A DNA stretch of 62,897 bases, filler included, from Reclinomonas americana ATCC 50394 (lineage: Eukaryota), in the NCBI GenBank assembly GCA_048213135.1. It is 11 parts of 11 records of this genome, joined end to end, with 100 filler letters (N's around TTAATTAATTAA, not from the genome) between each part and the next. Parts side by side here need not be neighbours in the genome. Positions count along the whole stretch, not along the records: positions 13,267 to 22,480 come from AFZH01019570.1; positions 22,581 to 32,143 come from AFZH01019571.1; 9 more parts are not named here. The stretch is one strand, 5' to 3'. The position numbers and the translations under genes were made by a program. The notes beneath the pieces are model-generated. The model had not been told where the DNA came from, made no database searches, and saw only the letters and a list, made by a program, of their open reading frames with translations. Within the stretch, counting starts at the first letter, position 1. Every line of letters begins with the position of its first letter. Positions 19,201 through 32,243 of the stretch are shown piece after piece.

Positions 19201-22150
19201 CTCGTGACAAGGGCAGCGAGAGGTTCTCTCCACTGCCACCCCCACGGTCTCTGATCGATACTTCTTAACTAAACAGCATTCCGCCCGCAGATTCTACAGA
19301 CTGGGCGAGGAACTGGCGGCCATCGAGACCGCCATGGGTGTCATGCCGAACCTGGAAGACATTTTGTACATGATGGAGCACCAGGCACCTGGTATGTGTG
19401 CGACTCTTGTGTAGTGTGTTGTGTACCTTCCGTGGCTCACTGCGCGAATGTGTGCAGCTCCAGCAGGCGATCTCGTCTCCACCTTCCGCAATCGACATCT
19501 GCTGCCGACGCTGCCGGCCGATGGCGGTGGTCAGGGAGTTGATCCCATGAAAGCTATGATGCGCCAGTCTGCCCGCTCGCTCATCCAGTCGCAGTTGATG
19601 GTGCATGCAATGCATCAGCAAGGTGCGCAGTGTGCACATGCGTAAGTGTTCACACAGCGCGCTCACGAACTGACGCACACGCGGGGCAGCGTTGCTCACT
19701 GTGTTGGGTGGCAACACGAGCCACCCGGCGGTGTTGCGTTCCAAGATTCGACAGGCGTACCTGCACGAGAGGATTGACGAACTCGACAAGGCAGCTGCGC
19801 TGCTGCAAGAGTGTCTGGCGATAGTGTCAACCGCAGTCTACCTCGGCCCCAATGTGCGTGCAGGCCAAGTTTCTCATTGTTGCGTTCTGCAAGCAATCAT
19901 CGTTCATGTTTTGTGTGTGCACAGATGACCGCTGCCTGTTTGTACTCGCTCGGTTGGGTGCTGTACAAAGCCGATCGCCTGAAAGAAGCGGCGCGGTGCT
20001 TTGAACTCGGCATGCACACACTGCACGCGGTGTTCGGCTGTGGCCCCGAGACCTTCCAGGTCGCTCGTGGCAACTGGCAGGCGGAACGCGGGCAGGTACA
20101 CACCATGGTGTCGTACATCGGTTAGTTGGATGTTGGTTGCTCCGCGCGCATGTTTGCTTGTCGGTGTCCTTGCTTACGATTGTTGTGTATCTTGGTTTGC
20201 AGATCGCGAAAGTCCATTCTTGGTGGCCACGGTGGCGCGTGGCCATCCCATGACCATGTTCTTCATCGATCGATTGACACACATTATGCGTGCTGAGGGC
20301 ACTGTCGGTGACTTTCTCGACCTGGGTCGTACCGCCATGCAGGCGTTTGGTGTGTGGGCGCCACCCCCCGATCCCGCCATTCTCGAGCGGGTATTTGGCG
20401 ACCGTGTACCGGCGTTCCTCGTGGAGCTGATTGCGTGCTTCCGGTTCCCGTACGAGCCCATGCAGGCCATTCAACATTTCTCGCACAACTTTTACGATGG
20501 CGAGAGGACTGAAAAGCTGGCGACGATCAGCACGTTTATCCGCGAAATTCAACAGTTTGTAGAGCCTGAGCGACGTTTCGTGAACAAAACCACTTTCGTG
20601 TGTGTTTTGTGCAACTGCGTCGCTTACCTGCAACGTGGTGTACAGTGTTCAGCGACTCACTTGGCGAGTTTATGTGTATTCCCGACGCACCTGTTCTGAA
20701 TCTCCAATCGGGACGACCGGGCGAGTCGGTACTTCCAGAGATTGCGCATGTGTCGGCCGACGAGAATGTGGCCGACAATGTCGATTACTTTGGCCTCTGT
20801 TGCGTCTGCCGACTGCAGTCCATGCTAACCACGTTTTTTGTTCACAACGTGGCTCGTGCAGCACACCTCACGTTCCGTCGTTACCCCGGCGCTCACCCGG
20901 TTTGTTTTTTATTTTTATCGATCACTTGCTGTACACCGCGATGGTCGGCTCAAACCATTGCTGCAGATCGCGCCGCCGCACACGTGGTCGTTCCCTGTCG
21001 GCACCACCATTATCACATCGGTGTGTACGGAATGCCGTACGTCTGTGAGCACCACGGCTACTGTTGCGTCGCCATTCACGTTCCTATCTGCAAACGCTCG
21101 TTGCTGATGGTCAGACCACTCGGCGCAGTACACGTTGAACAAGATGACACTGCAAAGTGTCGAGGAGCGCGATGGCGCATACTGGTGTGTCAAGAAGTTG
21201 TCGGGCAGCACCTCTGGCGTTACGTATGTCGCAAGCCTGCTGTCGGTACTCGACGGTGAGCACCGGCGTGTTGGCGTGTGTGTGACGCATCCACTCGTTA
21301 TTGACCGCTGCGTTTCGGTGCAAAAGACGAGCAGCAGTGGCTTGATCCCACGCACTACACGTTGAGTGAAGACCGCATTTTCAGTCCGGAAGAGGAGATT
21401 GCCGCTGGAGGTGTTCAACGACCATCACAGGCCGTAACCATTCGTACTCCCGACGGCGAGCAAGCATTCATGTGCCAGGTCAGTGAAGGGTGTGGTGCGG
21501 AAACCAATTGTTGAATCTGATTCATGTTTGTTGTTGTGTCTGCAGTGCGTTGCCTACGACGACGGCCTCAGTCCAGTGGATGCAGAGGGCCGTCCGCAAC
21601 CCACCTCCATCATCTCCACCGTCAACGCCGCCGACGGTAACGTGACGAATCGACAGGTGTGCGCACAAGAGTGTGACGGTTGATCCGGTGCCCTCACTGT
21701 GGTTCACGCAGGTGTGTGGTGTTGCTGGTGACGGCACGAGTTCGAACTCGCGAGAACACTGGCTTGTGCGCGGTTGCTCCTTCCCCGTGTACATTCGCAC
21801 GGGCAACAAAATGGCTGGCACAGGCATCACCAGCGAGTCGGAACTAACCATGGCGAATCTGTGTGAGGAAGTCACTGTGCCGGCCGGCACCTTCAAGTGC
21901 GTGCGCTTGGAGGGGGTGCAGCGTGCGGGTGGTATGATCAGCAAACTGGTGCAGTGTTTCTCGAGTGAGGTTTGGATCGGCTGAGCGTGTGGTACGCACA
22001 AAAAACGAATGTGTCTCACGCTGCCGAGGTGCGCAGGTACCTGGCACGTTGGTGATGATGCAAGTGACAATGACTCCCGTGCCAGGCATGGAGTACATTA
22101 TGACGACGCGACTGGAGCGAGTGACCCTCGGTGGAGCTGGCGATCAGTGA
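16273..22150 (+). CDS. CLU (clustered mitochondria)-domain protein with TPR-like repeats and extra C-terminal domains, many exons
   Basis: RDWNAEFQ, GGVAGGVKY, PLMTMIDFLGYR, TLVYGSGDGGRTV, DIEVHRALDGRFYVLDTARVFPP, LFRPEFV...PLSSDAY, LHQRGVNMRYMG, then TPR-like TAACLYSLG. The exact start, and whether 20600-22150 belongs to the same gene, are uncertain. Confidence 0.75.
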
Positions 22151-22188
22151 GTGCGTCGAATCAATACAACAATTCGCATGTTATTTTA

Positions 22189-22480
22189 CTACAACAATGG
22201 GTGACGGGGCTGTGGTGCTCGTCGCGCAAATCCTCGCTCGGGTTTCACCACGGGCGGTGGCGGTGGCATTAACGGCAATGCGATGGGTGCCGTCAGAGTA
22301 GCCGACAAGTCCACGTCGTCGCGGTTGTCGACGACTTCGTCCCCGTCGGCGTCGTCTGTGCGCGCCGAGTCGAGAGCGATTTCGACATCGCGTGCCGTGG
22401 CCATGGCCGCTACCAGCGGACGCACTGATATGTCCTCGCGACCCGTCAGCAGCGGCGGCAGTGGTGGTCCGCTGGCTCGC
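22189..22480 (-). CDS. 3' fragment of unknown gene
   Basis: Open frame from the contig edge to a stop at 22189; acidic/Pro-rich, no family recognised. Confidence 0.4.
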
Positions 22481-22580
22481 NNNNNNNNNNNNNNNNNNNN
22501 NNNNNNNNNNNNNNNNNNNNNNNNTTAATTAATTAANNNNNNNNNNNNNNNNNNNNNNNNNNNNNNNNNNNNNNNNNNNN

Positions 22581-24796
22581 TACTTCGGGTGTGCCAATGG
22601 GGCGCCGCACCTTGGTCTCACGCATCGCCTGTTGGCGACAGAAGGAGCAGATGAGACCACGAGAGATGTGTGCAAGATGCTGGGAGTGAAAAGCACATAC
22701 GTTTTCAAATTCCTCCTCAATGGCCTTCTCCATGACGCCAATGAGATGCTTGCGCGATTCGAGCTTGTCGGGGTCGTAGCCTTCGTCGGCGAGGAAGGTG
22801 CGCAACTTGCTGAGATCGGCGGTCATGCGTTGCAGCTGTGCCTTGAGTGTCGCGGCCGTTTCCGCCACTGATCGCAAATCTGCCATCTGGAAGAAAGTGG
22901 TCAGGTCACATGCGAGTCGAGAGCTGCCTCGCAGCCGGCTAGCAAACCTCGTGCTTGATCAGCTGCAGTTCGCTCATGGCGGCCTTCAACTCGTCACGAG
23001 TGGCCTGCAACTCGGCCTGCGTGCTCTGCAACGCGGCCTCGGTCATGTGCAACGTGCTTTCCGTCTCCCGCAGTGTATCTTGCGTGGAGGCCAGCTCGGC
23101 CTGGGCGAGTGGAGGGAGAGGATGAGCGGCAGTTACAAGACAGGGAGGCAGGGGAAAGACATCAATTATGCAAAAAACCTGCACACGCGACAGTTGTTCC
23201 TGCAACTCGGCGCACGCCTCCTGCCACCGCCTCGTCTCTTCGCGCTGCTGTTGCATTTCGGCCTCGTGTCGCATGCGCATCCGGTCGCGCTCACGCACCA
23301 TCTCCTCACGCTCCTTGACCATGGACTGCAAGCGCCCCTCCATCTCCGCCAGCTTGCCTTCGTACTCCTTGCGCACGTCGGCGCACGCAGCCATCAAGTC
23401 TGCCTCGCTGTAGCCACTCTGCTCCATCAGCGCGGCACTATCATCCGGTCGCTGTTGGCCCAGCATCTTGCGCAGGCGGATGGTCTCTTGCAGCAGCTCA
23501 TTGCGCGTCTGCTGCCACCACGCCGCACGCTGCTCCAGCGATCGACTGACGTTGTCCAGCTCAGTCTTTTGCTCCCTGTTGGTGGCCTGTACCACATATA
23601 CACACACACAGCAGTCAGCGCAGAGTGGAACACTCGCGACCGTGTGCCTGCAAAAAAATCGCACCCGCAGTGTTCGAATCTCTTCCGACCACGCCTGCAA
23701 ACGAACCAAACGACGGTGGTGAGCAAGTGCACGGCTCTCTTTCCCTCTAACAGGGAACTCACCGTCTCTCGCCAGTGGTGTGTCTGCCGCTCAAACTCCA
23801 GCGCCTTGGCCATGAGTTCCACCGACTCGCGCACCGACATGACTCGCCTCTCCAGATTGTGCGAGCCCCGCTGCAACAGGCGCACCAGCGCATCCTTGTC
23901 CCACAAAACCTGCACTGCCACACTGGCCGGCGTGTTCGGCTGCGAACTCAGCACCGCGTACTTCCAGTCGTCGGCAGGCTCCCACGTCGGAACACTTATC
24001 GAGAGCGCCGGCGCTGGCATTGTCGACTGATCCTGGTCGGGCAAGCTGCGTGCGCTGCTCCCCGCCAATCCCACCATCGCCAGCTGCGGCGGCAGAGCAG
24101 GCGGCGCATCACCGGCATTGGTGGCAGCCGCCACCGCCGAACTACTGCGCAGAGTGTTGTTGACCAGCTCCTCACTCCACTCGGCCAGCGACACCAATCC
24201 GTCGTCAAACACCTGCCGTGCGAGTGAGCGACGCTGAGAGCGGGGAGAGACACGCAAGAGAGGGCGACAGCACCTCGCCGAGCCACAGCGCCACGGCATC
24301 GGTGACGAGTGCAGCGACTCGATGTGTCGCCGCGTCCAACAACAGCTGTCGTGTGTGCCTTGATGGCGGCCTCATCCTCGGCCTCATAGTACGGCACGCT
24401 GTTTGCCGCCGCCAGAGCAGCCGCCGAGGCAGCCGCAGCAGCCTCGGCCTCTGCGCGCTTACTCATACTCTCCTCGTCGGTGCTAAAGGAGACCACCGAG
24501 GGCGACTTGCGGTGCATGCGACGAGCGGGTGAGGTGACCGACTTGGTCATCGCCGACGCCACCGCCGGCATCTCTCTCCACTCGGGAGTGCCGGGCACAC
24601 CGGCACTGGCGCTGTGTGAGTGCCCGTGTGCGCGCCACGGCATAATGTGTGGCCACGGAATCGTCTTATCGACGTGTTGCATGTGGGTGAGGCCACTGCC
24701 GCGCCGGTGCTGACGTGGCGACGACAGCGGGGAGGCGCTGCTGCGGTCGGCATCGTCGCGACTGCGAAGCGCACTGCGTGGGCTCTTGGAGGCCAT
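22581..24796 (-). CDS. Coiled-coil protein, 3'-partial, multi-exon
   Basis: Ser/Arg-rich N-terminus (MASKSPRS...), then heptad-rich E/Q/R/L exons separated by short GT-AG introns. Confidence 0.6.
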
Positions 24797-24906
24797 GCGC
24801 GAGAGGTAAGGAGCAGAGGTAAGGTGATGATTGTTGGTTGGTTGGTGGCGTCAATGTCCGATCATCATCGATCATGCATGATATTGTTGATCGGTTTTAC
24901 TACTCC

Positions 24907-27279
24907 TCACGTGGCCGCAGCTAACCTCAAAGCTGTGGCGATCGGCGTGGCTTCAACATCCGGTCGCACGTACACGTCGACAAACGAACGCTGCATGTCT
25001 TCGACGGTGGCATGCGGCGAGGCCAGGAAGACTTCGCGAGGCTGCTGCAACGCGTACAGGTCGGCCGGTGGCGACGATGAGCGTGGCGATGAGACGGCAG
25101 CAGCACCACCACCGGCCATGTCGTTGCTCTGCATCACCACCTCGTGCAGCTCGCGCAGGCGCAGCTTCAGTTCCTCGCTGGCAATCTGCTCTCGCATCAC
25201 CACACCCTCGAGCTGGCGCAGCTGTTGCGCCATTTTCTGCATCTCCGAGGCGTGACGTCGCTCCGCCTGCTGCAAGCGCGCACGCTCGGCTTCCACTTGG
25301 GCGCTCACTCGAGCCGCCGTGGAGCGCTCCAGTGCGGCCAGGCGCGACTGAATCTCGTCGAAAAAGGACGATTCGGTCGCGGCCAGCGTGCGAATGAGAC
25401 GAATGTGTCGCTGCAGGTCGGCACTCTCGCGGAGCGCCAGAGTGAGCTGTGGCGACGCAAATCAGCTAAGTACTGTCGACTTTGTGGTGGTGGTGCTTAT
25501 CGTCGTCACATCACCTGCTCACTCGAGTCGTCGAACTCGACGCGCAGCGAATCGAGTTCCTCGCGCACGCGATCCAGCGAGTTGACGGCCGTGGTCGCCA
25601 CCGAGTCTGTCCAGCCGTGAATGTCTTCCACCACACTGCGTCTTGTGTGAGAAAGGGAGAGGGTGAGAGAGGAAGAAAGGCACTTAACTGTGAAAACTGC
25701 TTCTCCACCGCCTGATATCGCATCGCGTCGAGGGAGGTTTGAACGGCCAGCGCCGGTCCCACAATCCGCTGGCTCACCCAATTCTCGGCCTCCGCCACGT
25801 CGAGATCGTCTTCCCGACCACAATAGTCGCGCGCCGTGCAGTCGGACTGCCGCTGCCGCACCATGTCGCCGGCCCACAAAAGACACCTCTTCAAGCACGC
25901 CACACTGTCGCGTTCGCGCGCCAGCTGCAGTCGCACCTCGGCCAGTGTCCGCTCGAGATCCGCACGTTGCGACACCCACCCGCTAGGGTCGGGAGGCTGC
26001 TGCATGGCCTGTCGCACTTCGGCCTGCACCTGGATCTCGTCCAGCCGTGCGTACACATCACGGAGAGTGTGGCGATCGCGCTCTCGCAGCGCCGCGCACT
26101 CGGCCTGCAACACCGTGAAGCGACTGGCCAGATGCAGAGTCTCCTCGCACGCACTGGAGTGCGCCGTCTGCAACTGGCTCACCACCTCGGCCATGCGAAG
26201 TACATCGTCCAGCATCGCGTGTGGTGTCAGGGCGGCGTTTGTCGACAATGGCGCTCGCGCGCTGCTGCTGCCGCCGCCGCCGCCGCCTCCTCCACCGTGT
26301 CGTAATCTCTGCAGTGGTGACATAGACGACGAGACCGCAATGGGTGGCTGGAGAACTTGCCGCTGCAGCAGCGTCAGTTCGCTGCGCAGCTCGTTGAGTT
26401 CCAGCTGACCGCGTGCAATCACCCGATCGGTGTTCTCCTGCACCGTCTGCATCTCCACTGCACCAAGGAGTCAGTACGTGTGCGTGTGCGCATGCTACCA
26501 AACACACGTAGCACCGCACCATGGGCATGTCGGCGAAGGACGTCGGCCTGTTCACGCGCCTCCTCGCACTGCTGCCGCAACATGACCAGCTGACTCTCCT
26601 GTCGCCTCGCCAGACCGATCACCGCCATCAAACTCTCACGCATGTGATCAAACAGCTGACACATGACCACATCCACCGACTGCAACAGCTGCGCCTGGAA
26701 CGCTCCTGTTTTCATGGATGATGAGGCATAAAGAACAAATCGTAAAAAATCGAGCGGGCCCGCAACACAGACCTCGGTCCGCCACATGCCGCTCACTCCA
26801 CTCCTCAAACGCCTGCAGCCGCGCCGCCGACTGCTCCAGCACACTGAACCGCGCACGAATTCCCCCATAGTCCTCCTCCAGCTGGCGCCACAGATCGCCC
26901 TCGCGCGCGCGACGATCCTTCAACGCCGCCACCTCCTTGCGCAACGCCGCCACCTCCTCCAGTGCCAGACTCTGCGGGCGGGACACTGTGAGACGACCGG
27001 CGCTCACATATACAGGCACACAAAGGCACACAGAGGAAGCGGAACCAGAGCAGCGTCGGGAGGAACGATTTGCGGAGCTGTTGTTGTTGTTGACGATGAC
27101 GAAGACGAGGAATCGCGTCGCGTGATCGACAAGGTGGCGCGCAGCCGCTCCAGCTCGCGTTCTGCTGCCACTCTGCCCTCCTCTGCCACACGCGATCGCT
27201 CACTGGCCTCCTCCACACGCGTCTCCAGCATGATCAATCGCCTGTGAGCGCGCAGATGTCGATCACCACCTTCATTCAT
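24907..27279 (-). CDS. Long coiled-coil protein, multi-exon
   Basis: Successive heptad-rich exons (LEEVAALRKEVAALKD, LELNELRSELTLLQRQ, LDRVREELDSLR, LKLRLRELHE). The start is approximate. Confidence 0.55.
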
Positions 27280-27480
27280 GGGATGAATTGCTCGCTCACT
27301 GGCTCACCGTCGCAGTGTGCGGATCTGCACACTCTCAGGCACCTCCTCCGCACCATCGCCATGATCCGACATTTGAACTTCGGGACATCACTCCGGACAG
27401 GCTCTTTATTGGATCGACACAACCTTGGCACGCGCTCTCTGCTCACACACGCGCAAAACGACTCGCCCTCATGAGCAGCA

Positions 27481-29816
27481 ATGGCGCGCTGCTGAGTCAC
27501 TTGAGTGGCGGTGACCAGTCGCGGTATGTGTGTATGTGTGTATGCGCGCGCGGCGAATCATACGTTTATCATCGCCTTACATGTTCTCTCTCTTCACGCG
27601 CACAGCAGACGCCGTCCAAGTCATCCACCAATAGCGACAAACGTTCTCGCACACGGCGCCACCATTCTGCTTCTCTCACATCAGCCAGCACCAGCGCCTC
27701 CTCCGCCACCGCCACCACTCACCGCATCGCAGTCGCTGTCTTCTTTTCAAAACACGCGACGCTCTTCTCTGCTGTACGCGGCCGCCACGCCCAACGTCCC
27801 TCATCCTCATCCATATCCTCAGCAGCAGCAGCAGCAGCTACAACAACAGCAGCATCCGCCAGTGACAGCCACTGCATCAGCAACATCCATTTCGTCGTCG
27901 TCGTCGTCGTCGCTGACCTCGTCGCCGACATCGTCGGTGCCTATGCTGCCGGCGGTTGGACGAGGCGGTGTGGTTAAACCGTCGCCTGCGGCTGTGGCAG
28001 TGTCGGCTGGTGAGTCTCATGTTGTTCCGAGTCATTTCGCGTTGACGGATCAGCGATTCAACGACGGTGCGTGCACACAGAGCGACGGACGACGCAGCGT
28101 GGGAGTAGAACGAAGCAGCTGGCGTCGACCGCGTCGGCGGCGGCGGTGGTAAACACACCATCGCCGGGTGCGCCAGTGGCTTTGGGGACTCCTCCGCCAC
28201 CACCGCCGCCACCACCACCGGCGTTGTCATTACCGCTGGCCACGACGCGCCGTCGCACGAGTTCCGAGGGCGTGGTGGGTGATGTGCAGACGACACCGGT
28301 GTTGTCGGCACGGCATCGTCTTTCGCCAATGCGACAACCACAAATGGCGGAGGAGGTGCGGGCGACGGAACGACGGCGATCGGGTGGTCCTGGTGGCAGT
28401 GGTGTCTTTTCGCCGCCACCGCCGGCGGGTGGTTTGTCGGGTAGGCGGCCACCACCCGGTGCCATGTCGTCACCGGCGGCTCCGCAGCATGAAGCGACCG
28501 CCACCACCACCACCAATGCATCCAATTCAACAACAGTTGCTGCTGCTGCTGCGGCTGCGGCGGCCTCACCCTCCACCGCGGCTGTGCCTCCAGTGGTGCA
28601 GATTCCGCAGTTCTTCCCGGCGCGCGGCTGGACCAACAGCAGTGGCCGCAACAAGGATCCGTCTGCGCCTTCGTCGCGCTCGTCGGCCGCCGGCGATGAT
28701 CCACGACCGGCGGCGCCAGCGCTGGCACCACCGGCGCCAACATCGCCGCGGATGCGCTCGCCACAGATCGACTCGCGTGCTCTGCTGTCCTCGCTGCACT
28801 TGCCGGTGTCGGAGATGGCACGGCGTGCAGTGGTGGCACCGACGGGCTCGTCCTCGGCTCCCACCACACCGCGCATGTATCGTGTGGCCGACACGGACGC
28901 TGGTGCTGCTGCGTCGAGCGTCACGTCGCTGACGCCGGAGAGTCTGCATGCGCACAACCGACTGTTGGAGGAAGCGCAGCAGCGTGCGGCTGGCGCCGCC
29001 GCCGCTCACCCCTCTCACGGTCGGCAGCCACTGGCCGCAGTCTCCGGTCAGCGCAACAATGCCGCCGGTACTCCGCCTCTGACTCGCCACGCATCACGCG
29101 GCAGCACGATTCTCAAGAACAGCCCCTCCACTCCACATCATCACCATCACAATCACCATCATCAGCAACATCACGTGCCCGAGCGCAGCGAGTTTGTGGT
29201 CAAGCTCGTTCTCCGAGTGCAATCGTGGCGGCGTGACTTGCCCGGTGAAGACTGCCCGTTGTCGCCAGTGCCGTCGCCTCGTGCGTCGGTGTCGCCCACC
29301 AGGGCACCACCGGCGACGACTGTGGATCCGACACAGCGCGAGCGCAATCGTCGCGCGCAGAGTGTCTCGGGCCCAGCTGCCAACTCCAGCGGCAAGAGGT
29401 ATCTGGGGGTGCCGACCGCCACCACGGCTGCCTCGTCGCGCTCCTCGAGTCGGCCGTCGTCGCCATCGGCGGCGGCCGCAGGATCCCACTCCGACGCGCT
29501 CACCAACGTGTCCCGTCGCGGCTCCTCCATGCACTCCCACTCGCCACCACCATCCTCCGCCGGTAGCGACGACGACGACGACGTCCACGAGTACGCTTAC
29601 GTCAAGAGCGGCGGCCGGCGACTGACATCCTCTCGACCGTCACCGCTGGTCGCCGGTCGCACTCCACCCGCCGCGCGCCACAACCACCATCGCCGCATCT
29701 CGTCCTCCTCGTCGCTGATCGACGACCTCAGCCCGCACAGCAGCGCCAGTCACTCGACCGCCTCGCGCTTCTACTCGTACCGCGCGATGAAGACGCGAAG
29801 CACCCGTCTCTTGTGA
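27481..29816 (+). CDS. Low-complexity Ser/Pro/Ala-rich protein
   Basis: A long 581-aa open exon (28071-29816) preceded by two spliceable exons; no folded domain recognised. Confidence 0.55.
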
Positions 29817-30010
29817 AGGGGGAAAATCTAGTGTACTATCAATGCCTGTAATGCCACACGAGACGAAGACATACAAGCGAGGAAGAGCGTTTTCTTTTTA
29901 TGTATGGTACAAGGGTACTCGCCCTCGGAGGGCGGAGGGCGGAAGGATCACACTGTCTTCTCTTTTTTTCCTTGATCACATGGCCAATGCGACTCTCGCC
30001 AGCTGCACGG

Positions 30011-30520
30011 CTAACATGGCCTCGGCCTTTGCGGCACGCTTGGCGACCAGCAGTGGCACAAGGAGAGCGTTGACTGTGATGAGCGTCGTGAGTGAGCGCG
30101 TGAGAGAGCGGGAGTAATCGGAGTCTCCTCGCGATCGCAACTGTCTTCGCGGCTATTGTAGGGTCCATCGGGGCGAATGGCGAAGATCTCACGCTGCCGC
30201 TGCAATGACCACTGCTGATACACGTAGAGTCCCACTGTGCGCGATGAGAAACACGAAAAGAGGAGTGAGATCGCAACATATCCCCGCGCAGACAAGTCAA
30301 ATCCGACACACACGCACGCACGCACCGGCGACATTGACACCCATGAGAACTGTACGCGTAGGCACACACACACACACGCAGGGAGGGAGAGAGAGACACA
30401 CACACACATGAGAGTGTGAGCTCGAGTGTGTTCGTTGTGTGATCATGATCACACAATGGCGATCTCAACTCTGGATCGCTCCCTGCGCAAAGCGCACACG
30501 CTGGGCCAACATGGCCTGCA
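30011..30520 (-). CDS. Possible small spliced membrane protein
   Basis: Short exons can be joined to ...RSPLFLMGVNVAVGLYVYQQWSLQRQREIF...*. The start was not resolved. Confidence 0.3.
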
Positions 30521-30882
30521 CCAGAGGCGGAACAACAAACGTCATTCTTCTCTCTTTCTCGCACCGCGCACAAAACAAATGGGGACATTCAATACTGTGG
30601 CTCGCGTAGACATCTGTCCCACTCCATTTTGAGTTGCGGGCAAAAGCAGAACCATCCCCTCGTTCCATTGCGCCTTTGCCCTGCGTTTGTTCTGCGCTTT
30701 CCTCTGGTGACTGCCACCGGTGACGAGTTTGCGCGTGTGCGCGTGTGTTGCCTCTGCCTCGTCGACGAGATCATACCAACTCCAAGGTGTGCATTGCGCA
30801 CATGTGTCATCATCCGTTTGCCTTTTTCTGTGTGTGCGTGTGTGCCTCATGTATTGCTGTATCTCGTGCTCAGTGTGTGCGA

Positions 30883-32143
30883 ATGAGTGGAAGAGGAGGT
30901 GGTGGAGGTGGAGGTGGGAAGCGGCGACGACGAGGTGGAACTCACTACACAACTGTGCGGCGGCGAAGCAGTAGCGGCAAGAAGCGGCTGCATTCTGGGG
31001 CGACCAGTGATGGCTCACCGGCCAGTAGGCACAGTGGCGGTCGACATGCGCGCAGCAGTGGTGATACAGTGGATGTCGACGGCTACAGTGACTCCTCCGT
31101 TCTCAGGGATGGCGTGCCTGCCGGTGGTGGTGGTGCTGGTGCTGGTCGTCGAAAGCGGGGACGCCCTCCTCGCAAGCCCGCTCGGCGGAAGAAGGGCTAC
31201 TACGATGACGACGATGATGAGGAGAGTGAGGACAGCACGAGTGAGAGTGACGACGATGATGACGATGATTACTACGACGATGACGACGAGGACTATATCG
31301 GCGACTACGACGGTGACTACGGCGACAACGACGGCCGTGAGGGCAAGGGAGGCGACAGCGACGACGACGATGTTATTGTTATTGATGGTCCGTTGTATAC
31401 TGGCATTGTATTGCTGCCGGGGAGTTTGTCGGCCGCCACGGACGCACAGATGTCATCCGACTCGGATCTGATGTCCTCCGATTCCGCGTCGTCCACAACA
31501 GTTGCGACTGGCTCGCCACGACGAGGAACATTGTCGCCACCACTGAAACGTGCTCGAGTCGATGATCCGCGGAGTGCGGCAGCCGCAGCAACAGCACCGC
31601 CGTCACCGCCGCGTTCGGCGGCTGCGGCACCCTTGGTCGACCCGCGTGCAATGCCTGGATCAGGCCAACACACCGCCACACCGACGTCCGCGCCGAACCC
31701 GGGTCCACCGCGGGCAGCGATGGCTCGTCGCCAGCATCCGTCGTCTGCGTCGCGCTCTGCGTCATCCGCGCAATCGCAGCATGTTCGAGTTGTGAGACCA
31801 CCAAACGTGCAGCTGCCCGGGGACGCGCAGTTGGCACGAAACATGCCGCCTGCTGGCAGTGCGGCGTCGCCGACGGAAGCCAGTGCAAACGCTCAGCGCG
31901 CTGCGCCTCAGCTGCAATCGCGTGTTCCACTCCCGCAGCAAGGGCAGACGACGCAGCCGCCACTATCGCAGTTGGAACTGTACAAGCAACGGTTGCTGCA
32001 GCGGGAGCAGCAGCAGCTGCAGCAGTATCAGCAGCATCAGATGCAACTACAACAGCAGCAACAATTACATCAACAGCAGCAGCAGCAGCAACAACTGCAT
32101 CAACAACAGCAACAACAACAACAACAGCAGCAGCAGCAACAGC
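30883..32143 (+). CDS. Nuclear low-complexity protein with AT-hook, acidic tract and poly-Q, 3'-partial
   Basis: MSGRGGG..KRRRR, AT-hook-like RKRGRPPRK, D/E/Y-rich tract and a poly-Q run to the contig end. Confidence 0.65.
32006..32143 (+). repeat. CAG/CAA poly-glutamine tract
   Basis: Mixed CAG/CAA codons running into the contig break. Confidence 0.9.
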
Positions 32144-32243
32144 NNNNNNNNNNNNNNNNNNNNNNNNNNNNNNNNNNNNNNNNNNNNTTAATTAATTAAN
32201 NNNNNNNNNNNNNNNNNNNNNNNNNNNNNNNNNNNNNNNNNNN

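Noticed and set aside
22798..24030. Long plus-strand ORF of 410 aa, and similar long ORFs such as 27877-28869, 42124-43206 and 50659-51606
   Set aside because: These are antisense shadows of GC-rich coding exons on the opposite strand, with no recognisable protein features.
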